Shown one piece after another: positions 52,601 through 57,943 of a stretch of DNA of 57,943 nucleotides. Position 1 is the first letter of the stretch. Every line of letters begins with the position of its first letter. The stretch lies in NCBI GenBank assembly GCA_031179845.1, contig JAPSHM010000001.1, positions 1-57,943 of the forward strand, read 5' to 3'. The notes below the pieces were generated by a model. The model saw only the letters and a list, made by a program, of their open reading frames with translations, was not told the DNA's origin and did not search any database. Source of the stretch: Pedobacter sp. (GTDB taxonomy: Bacteria; Bacteroidota; Bacteroidia; Sphingobacteriales; Sphingobacteriaceae). Both the position numbers and the translations under genes were made by a program.

Positions 52601-53121
52601 AGTGTGTAATTCCCATTTGTATTTGTGACTGTTCCAATAGAAGTACCCTTTATCTTAACGCTAACTCCGGGTATTGTTTCCCCATTTTCATTTCTGACTG
52701 TGCCATTAATTTCCTTGTCCTGGACTGATCGGGTATTTGCATTTGAAGATTCCTTTTTTATCAAAATATTGTTTTCGATTATCTTATACGAAAATGGAAG
52801 ATCTTTCAGGCATTCTTTTAGGGTTGCTTCTACAGAATATTTTTTGACATTAAGACTGACTTTTAGATTGTTTAGATTTTCGCTATTATAAACAAACACA
52901 TATCCGGTTTGCTTTTTGATTGCCTGGAACACCTCTTCTAACGAGGCATTTTTCACATTTATGGTTACAGTTTGTGCAGAGCTTTCTGCGCTGACTTGCA
53001 TAAATGCAGTCAGTAAAAAGAAGATTATTAAGTTTAGCCGCATAAGAATTTTTCTTTTATCAACTAATTGGACCGTGAGCCAGGGATGGGCCATGGCGAT
53101 TGTGCACAAATTTAATTTCAT
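49642..53121 (-). CDS. susC: SusC/RagA TonB-dependent transporter with N-terminal STN signalling domain
   Basis: STN (NASLEEVFQAIKKQTGY), VVVTALGI, SVLKGPSAAALYGSRAANGAVIITTK, RNDWSSTLP, LKPE and a terminal F. Confidence 0.96.
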   Translation of the reverse strand: MKLNLCTIAMAHPWLTVQLVDKRKILMRLNLIIFFLLTAFMQVSAESSAQTVTINVKNASLEEVFQAIKKQTGYVFVYNSENLNNLKVSLNVKKYSVEATLKECLKDLPFSYKIIENNILIKKESSNANTRSVQDKEINGTVRNENGETIPGVSVKIKGTSIGTVTNTNGNYTLKIPQSGIALVFSSIGFIPQEVLYSGQKILNITLKENNTTMEEVVVTALGINRKEKEIGYAQQTVSAEQLSTAASTNWSEGLKGKVAGLNIINGNTGPINSQAIQLRGTTSLDAGGNNALIVVDGVPMNQETTAYGNNVGAAYGTEAPVDYGNAISELRQDDIESVSVLKGPSAAALYGSRAANGAVIITTKSGKKNKKLGISINSTALFDHITNWPNYQYEYGGGRLNALDANGKPYYSFGDSEHGPHTNTPAAWGPKFDGQQFYQYDPETQTMATERSLWKPYKNNMKDFYRTGMTFENSLTLQGGDDKGSMRLNLSRTDNEYIAPNTGYKRNSVSFNGNYDITNRIKLTSTVNFNNRGSDNLPAFGMSNGSLGYFMMFLLPNVDINWYKPIWKEGQKNVSQLNPFSAWSSNPYFLMNVDTNPLNSNQLVGNVRADIKLSDKLDVMGRVSYNSLSQLRETQRGYSSQKHRLGYYGRQDVSSQEVNADFLLTYKDRFSEDFDYKVVGGASKMTYDHRNVMSSIDALIVPGVYTLANGVNNPMVKTNDSKKHINGIYGMITLGWKNSIYLDITGRNDWSSTLPKNNNSYFYPSVSSSFILSDLFNLPEPVSYLKYRLSYAKVGSDAAPYQTSRYYAQSGFASSAIIPSAMFNADLKPEITSSWETGFDARFLKNRLSLDATYYMSSTKNQILSLPNDVVSGYSSRVINAGEVQNRGVEMILTGEAIQSPDFNWNVTVNWSTNRNKIIQLNDNLEKQTLATVWQASLIGTVGGRTTDLWGPKFLRDETGNQVFENGIPVRTSTSEYIGNIAPDWKAGLTNTLRYKDLRLSFTLDGQHGGLIYSGTYNRSSWDGFTTNTIPGRDEGFIIGKGVMRNTDGSYSTNTVQAATNSYYSQYHQVAEAGVFDASFIKIRDVSLTYNLPTKFAKSIYANSLSLTAFGRNLAVFDRFPFWDPEGGTMNGTVFVPGLEMAPMPYTATYGLTLKADF

Positions 53122-53217
53122 TATATTTGTAATGTTTGGGTTAATGTTCTATTCGTAAAAAAAAAATGGTTAACTCAATTGTTCCGTCTCCTGACTGCAA
53201 TCAGGGGACGTTCGTTT
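53122..53217 (+). ncRNA. Candidate cis-antisense sRNA in the fecR-susC intergenic region (promoter to terminator)
   Basis: The plus strand has ATTG-N19-TATATTTG (53099-53129), then the hairpin CGTCTCCTGA-CTGCAA-TCAGGGGACG (53185-53210) and TTCGTTT. Confidence 0.5.
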
Positions 53218-53280
53218 ATACCAAAATTCAAAGTTCCAGTTTGATTCTTTTCATAATTTGATTTTAAGGTTAAAAAATAT

Positions 53281-54426
53281 TTAATATATAATTATCTTTT
53301 TTAGACCGTTATTTTCTTCTATACGGTGTTTCAGGTTGAAATAAGTCAATATCGCCAATGCTTGAGAAGCGTTTACATTACGATAAACCTCGCCCCATAA
53401 TTTGAAATCCGGAACTTTGCCTTCCAGCTCAATACTTACACCATACCACCGAGAAAATTGGCGCATTATGGTGCCGAGATTTGCGTTCTGAAAGCGAAAC
53501 AATCCATTTTTCCAGGCGATTGCATCGTTTGAATTCACTTTGGAGACGTTAAAATGCGGATGGTTTCCTAAGGAAGCCTGTTCCCCTGGTTTCAGTAGAA
53601 CTGATTGATGATTCATTTTCTCAACTATTTTTACAGCGCCTTCTATTAATGTGGTTTGTGTTATAGGCTCGTCTTCATAGCTATTGATATTGAAATGAGT
53701 TCCTAACACTTCCACAACCTGTTTATTTGTAATTACTTTAAATGGTTTTTTAGGGTTTTTAGCTACTTCAAAATAAGCTTCGCCGATTAACTCTACCACA
53801 CGTTCGTTATTAAACACGGTTGGATAGGTTAATGATGAGGCCGCATTGAGCCATACTTTAGTGCCATCAGGTAAAATCACACTGTATTGGCCACCTTTAG
53901 GGATCGTTATTGTGTTGAATTTGGGTTCATCAGACGATGCAATCTCTTGACTTCGATTATTGTAAACGATCTGACCTTGATTGTTCTTATAGATCGCATT
54001 CCCTGCTTCATGAGCTATGGTTCCCGACGAAGCATCGTCAAGAAAAACTTGAGAACCATCTGCCAGTGTCAATGTGGCTTTATTTCCACCGGGCGAAATA
54101 TCAGTAGTTTTCAACTGCTCAACGATATGAACTTCCTTGGTTTTCGAATAGTTTAAATTTGTCAAATTAAATATTATTCCTGCCGAAACTACTGCAAACA
54201 CAATTGCTGCATAACGAACCCAGTTAGGAATTTTTAGCTTAGTTTGTTCTTTTGGTAACTTATTATAAAGATCTTTAAGGTCTTTATAAAGTTCCTCCTC
54301 ATTAAATTCGGAATGAAAGTCATTATCAGATCGATTATACCACGTTTCAACGTAGGCACTTTCTTCTTCCGAGCATTCACCCGCAAGATATTTATCTAAT
54401 AGTTCTTGTATTTCCTTGTTCTCCAT
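53281..54426 (-). CDS. FecR-family anti-sigma factor
   Basis: N-terminal anti-sigma helix, one TM, PGGNKATLTLADG, LPDGTKVWLNAAS, GEAYFEV, VLGTHFN and AWKNGLF. Confidence 0.95.
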   Translation of the reverse strand: MENKEIQELLDKYLAGECSEEESAYVETWYNRSDNDFHSEFNEEELYKDLKDLYNKLPKEQTKLKIPNWVRYAAIVFAVVSAGIIFNLTNLNYSKTKEVHIVEQLKTTDISPGGNKATLTLADGSQVFLDDASSGTIAHEAGNAIYKNNQGQIVYNNRSQEIASSDEPKFNTITIPKGGQYSVILPDGTKVWLNAASSLTYPTVFNNERVVELIGEAYFEVAKNPKKPFKVITNKQVVEVLGTHFNINSYEDEPITQTTLIEGAVKIVEKMNHQSVLLKPGEQASLGNHPHFNVSKVNSNDAIAWKNGLFRFQNANLGTIMRQFSRWYGVSIELEGKVPDFKLWGEVYRNVNASQALAILTYFNLKHRIEENNGLKKIIIY

Positions 54427-54530
54427 GCTTAACTCTTATAAAGCGCTACCGCTTTACATTATGATAGTACCATAACTCATGCCTTGGGCGTAGAAAAAGT
54501 TTTAAATAAAATAAAAATGGAGTAAACGAT

Positions 54531-55118
54531 TTAAAATAAAGAGGGGAGGATAAGAAAAAGCAAAATCTGGTAAGTGTCAAGCTTAATCCGCAATATTTTT
54601 AAAGCATTATTAACTTGTTTTTTCACAGTAGCTTCTGACAACTCCAATTGATTTGCAATTTCTCTATGGCTTAGATGCAATCTCCTGCTCATAAAAAATA
54701 TATTGCGCATTTTTGAAGGAAGAGCGTCAATTTCTTTTTCGATGATTTGTGTGAGTTGTTTCTCCCTAACCAGATAATCTGTTACCACACGCCCATTCTC
54801 TATCGTGTCTTTAAGGGAGTTAAAATAATTCTCCTCAAGATTTTTACGTGAAATTAATTTAATAACCAGATATCGAACTGCAGTATAAAGATAGCTTGAA
54901 AGTTGAGTGTCTATTTTCAATTTATATCGATTATTCCAGGTTGAAGTAAAGAGTTCCTGTATTAAATCTTTGGCAGCTTCCCTATCTTTCAATCTTTTAC
55001 AGGCATGCACATATAATAATCCGGAATACCTATTATAAATTTCTGTATAGGCCGCATAGTCATTTTCTTTAAGTAAAGAAACGAGATCATTATCTGTATA
55101 TGATTGATATGTTGACAT
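54531..55118 (-). CDS. ECF sigma-70 factor
   Basis: AYTEIYNRY, AKDLIQELF..W, LP.KMR.IF.MSR..LSHREIA.QL.LSEATVKKQ. ATG at 55118 is preferred over TTG at 55124. Confidence 0.95.
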   Translation of the reverse strand: MSTYQSYTDNDLVSLLKENDYAAYTEIYNRYSGLLYVHACKRLKDREAAKDLIQELFTSTWNNRYKLKIDTQLSSYLYTAVRYLVIKLISRKNLEENYFNSLKDTIENGRVVTDYLVREKQLTQIIEKEIDALPSKMRNIFFMSRRLHLSHREIANQLELSEATVKKQVNNALKILRIKLDTYQILLFLILPSLF

Positions 55119-55164
55119 TTTCAACTGAAATTTCGCTGTTGAATAAGCTTGATTAAGGACGTTT

Positions 55165-55172
55165 CAAAAGTA
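55165..55172 (-). promoter_or_regulatory. -7 promoter element for the ECF sigma gene
   Basis: TACTTTTG on the minus strand. Confidence 0.6.
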
Positions 55173-55534
55173 TTAAATGAACTAGCACTCCACATTAATA
55201 GAATATTACATTTTCATTAATTTGTTCAATTGTGGTTGAATGAGTGGTTCCTATCCTGGCAATTTTTCTGACCATCCATCGCGGATTGATATTGGCCTCA
55301 CTCCCGAAGTATCTTTGATAGATTGGCAATCGGTTCAGAAAAAGGAACTGCTTCAAGGTAAATGTAGATTTAATACTACAAATAAAAATTTTTAATATAT
55401 AATTAATAGTACAAATTTGTTCCCTTAATATCTAGAAGCTACATTCGTTTATTATTGTCGCGGCGAGAGAATTACAAGCATCCTATATAAATCACCTATT
55501 GTTTACATATTATTCACGCTAATGTTTTCACCCT

Positions 55535-57943
55535 ATGAAATCTACCAACTCTCTACCAAATCAGGATTCGATCGCTATTATCGGAATGTCCTGCCGATTT
55601 CCAAAATCACATTCTCTTACTGAATTCTGGGATTTACTCAGCAGTGGGAACGATACCATTGCTGAAATTCCTGCCGGGCGCTGGGACCCTAATCAATATT
55701 ACGATCCGGACCCACTGGCAGAGCGAAAAACATATCAGCAGCATGCCTCATTGTTATCTGATATACATGACTTTGATCCGTTGTTCTTCAATATATCACC
55801 GGTAGAGGCTGAACAAATGAGCCCTTCTCAAAAGTTAATGCTTGAACTGGCCTGGGAATCTATCGAGAATTCAACATTGCCTTTCAGCGATATCAAAGGA
55901 ACCAATGTAGGTGTATTTGTGGGCAGTATCTGGACGGATTTTGAACATTACCGCAAAACAAAGAATGCGAAAGCGACTTTACATTCTTCGCTGGGCATGT
56001 CTGCTAACGTGATTGCAAACCGGGTATCCTTTGCCATGGGATTCACCGGCCCCAGCCTGGTAGTAGATACAGGCTGTTCAGCTTCATTGGTTGCCTTACA
56101 CCTGGCTTGTCAAAGTCTGCTAAACAATGAAACGGCTTTGTCGCTTGTTGGAGGAATCAACCATATTTTGGATCCCGACAGATATATTGACCTTACCCAG
56201 TTTGGTGGGCTTTCTGCAAAAGGGAGATGCAGTTCATTTGATGCAGATGCAGATGGCTTTGTTCGTGGGGAGGGCGGTAGTGTCGTATTGTTGAAGAAAC
56301 TGTCAGAAGCAGAGCGTGACGGGAATAAAATTTATGCGATCATACGGGGTAGTGCCATTAATAATAACGGTTACAACGGTACGATTGCGGCCACCAGTGC
56401 CGAAAGTCAGAAATCACTTTTTGAAAAAGTATACCGCCATGCAGCGATCAAGCCGCAGGAAGTACATTATGTAGAGGCGCACGGCACAGGTACAAAAAAG
56501 GGTGATCCGATTGAAGCTACAGCCATCGGTGAATTCTTTTCCAAAGGAAGAAACGGCAATAAGCTCCGTATTGGTTCGGTAAAAAGCAATATCGGCCATA
56601 CCGAAGCTACCGCAGGCATAGCCGGCTTAGTTAAGGTGGTGCTCGCCATGCAGCACAAAGTTCTACCCCCTAATCCACACTTTACAAAGCCCAATCCGAA
56701 TATACCGTTTGAGGAGCTGCAACTTGAAGTCCAAAAAGATTTGTCGCCCTGGCCAGTAAGTAATGGCGAAACTTTTAAAGCGGGAATTAACTCTTTCGGA
56801 TGGGGAGGAACCAACGCACATGTTGTACTGGAAGAATACCGTAATGGCCAAGAGAAGACCAGCACTACCAGCCCCGATGCTTCTACTCAATATTGTCTGC
56901 CTGTTTCGGCAAAATCGACACAGGCGCTGAAAGATTACGCCCGCTCCTATATCAAAGCGATTGAAAACGGAGACGAAGAAAATCTGAAAAAAATATGCAT
57001 GGCAACGGCACTTCGTCAATCGGGGTTTGACCACAATATTTTGTTTTCAGCAGACTCAGTGAGCCAGATGCTCACCAATCTGGAGCGCTTTATTGAAGAT
57101 GAAACAGATGTAATGCCTTACACTCCATTAACCGCAAATCCAAAAGTTGTATTTGTCTTTCCAGGCCAGGGCGGACAATGGTTGGGCATGGGAAGCGAGC
57201 TTTTGGTGAAAGAAAAAGTTTTCAGAGATTCTATTCTGGCCAGTGAGGCCGCTTTTCGTCCATTTACAGATTGGGTTTTGACGGATCAGTTGATGGCAAC
57301 ACCAGAGACCAGCCGACTTAACGAGATCAATGTCATACAACCAGCCATCTGTGCGATACAAATTGCACTGGCTAAACTATGGATTTCATGGGGCATACAT
57401 CCGCAGGCCATAGTGGGGCATAGCATGGGTGAAATTGCAGCAGCCCATATTTCCGGAGCGCTGAAGCTGGAAGATGCAGCCCGGATCATTTGCGAACGCA
57501 GCCTTCTAATGAAGACAGTTAGCGGTACTGGTGGAGTCATGCTGCTAACCGAATTGAGTCGTGCAGAAGCTGAAAAAATAGCCGGATCCTATAACAACAA
57601 AATTACTGTAGCCGTTTACAACAGCCCTAAATCAATTGTTCTGGCCGGCGACAAAAATTTGATAGGTGAAGTATTTGCGCAACTGGAAGCAAAAGGTCTA
57701 TTTTGCCGTTTTGTAAAATTAGACGCTGCTTCACATAGCCCCCAAATGGATCCGCTAAAAGAACCGCTGCGTGCGCGACTTCAGCAAATTGTACCACAGA
57801 AGACAACTATCCCTTTTCTATCTACGGTGTATTTCAAAGTAATGCAGGGAACTGATCTGAACGCGGATTACTGGGTTGATAACCTAAGGGAAGCGGTTCA
57901 GTTTGCTCCGGCTATGGACAAACTGCTAGAGGAGGAGCATACG
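55535..57943 (+). CDS. Type I cis-AT polyketide synthase, 5' partial (KS-AT visible, 803 codons, open at the window end)
   Basis: MKSTNSLPNQDSIAIIGMSCRFP start. KS motifs DTGCSASL (Cys codon 56075), EAHGTGT, GSVKSNIGH and GINSFGWGGTNAH. AT motifs VFVFPGQGGQW, GHSMGE and DAASHS. All are in one frame. Confidence 0.96.
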   Translation, partial: MKSTNSLPNQDSIAIIGMSCRFPKSHSLTEFWDLLSSGNDTIAEIPAGRWDPNQYYDPDPLAERKTYQQHASLLSDIHDFDPLFFNISPVEAEQMSPSQKLMLELAWESIENSTLPFSDIKGTNVGVFVGSIWTDFEHYRKTKNAKATLHSSLGMSANVIANRVSFAMGFTGPSLVVDTGCSASLVALHLACQSLLNNETALSLVGGINHILDPDRYIDLTQFGGLSAKGRCSSFDADADGFVRGEGGSVVLLKKLSEAERDGNKIYAIIRGSAINNNGYNGTIAATSAESQKSLFEKVYRHAAIKPQEVHYVEAHGTGTKKGDPIEATAIGEFFSKGRNGNKLRIGSVKSNIGHTEATAGIAGLVKVVLAMQHKVLPPNPHFTKPNPNIPFEELQLEVQKDLSPWPVSNGETFKAGINSFGWGGTNAHVVLEEYRNGQEKTSTTSPDASTQYCLPVSAKSTQALKDYARSYIKAIENGDEENLKKICMATALRQSGFDHNILFSADSVSQMLTNLERFIEDETDVMPYTPLTANPKVVFVFPGQGGQWLGMGSELLVKEKVFRDSILASEAAFRPFTDWVLTDQLMATPETSRLNEINVIQPAICAIQIALAKLWISWGIHPQAIVGHSMGEIAAAHISGALKLEDAARIICERSLLMKTVSGTGGVMLLTELSRAEAEKIAGSYNNKITVAVYNSPKSIVLAGDKNLIGEVFAQLEAKGLFCRFVKLDAASHSPQMDPLKEPLRARLQQIVPQKTTIPFLSTVYFKVMQGTDLNADYWVDNLREAVQFAPAMDKLLEEEHT

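Noticed and set aside
56414-57540. Five minus-strand ORFs in the ORF track (61-132 aa)
   Set aside because: They are antisense shadows of the plus-strand PKS frame, which has clear KS and AT motifs.
44033-57943. Intact prophage/ICE with attR duplicating the tRNA 3' end
   Set aside because: No integrase, phage or conjugation genes. The only similarity (GGTTCCTATCC near 55246) is too short and mismatched, though an attR could lie beyond the window.

Overview
Bacteroidota chromosome segment, probably Sphingobacteriaceae/Pedobacter-like. This is inferred from TAnnTTTG promoters, SusC/D, HmuY and the split atpD-atpC, not from a database search. From start to end: (1) a ~18 kb heme superlocus with a divergent hemin ABC binding protein, an HmuR-like TonB receptor, three HmuY-like and two Ig-like surface lipoproteins, a heme oxygenase, then hemA-hemC/D(fused)-hemB-hemL-[kinase-regulator-TPR]-hemE-hemJ, with Fur-like boxes and a 21-bp direct-repeat array; (2) assorted outer-membrane and metabolic genes; (3) a ~16 kb minus-strand ilv-leu-cimA operon headed by an unannotated Ile/Leu/Val leader-peptide attenuator; (4) atpD-atpC, an RfbD-like reductase and tRNA-Arg(ACG); (5) an accessory region with an LRR gene, a DUF6896-like gene, an ECF-sigma/FecR/SusC/SusD/EEP locus with a candidate cis-antisense sRNA, and the 5' 2.4 kb of a cis-AT type I polyketide synthase that is absent from the ORF track because it runs off the window. 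All family calls are from motif recognition by eye; no searches were run.
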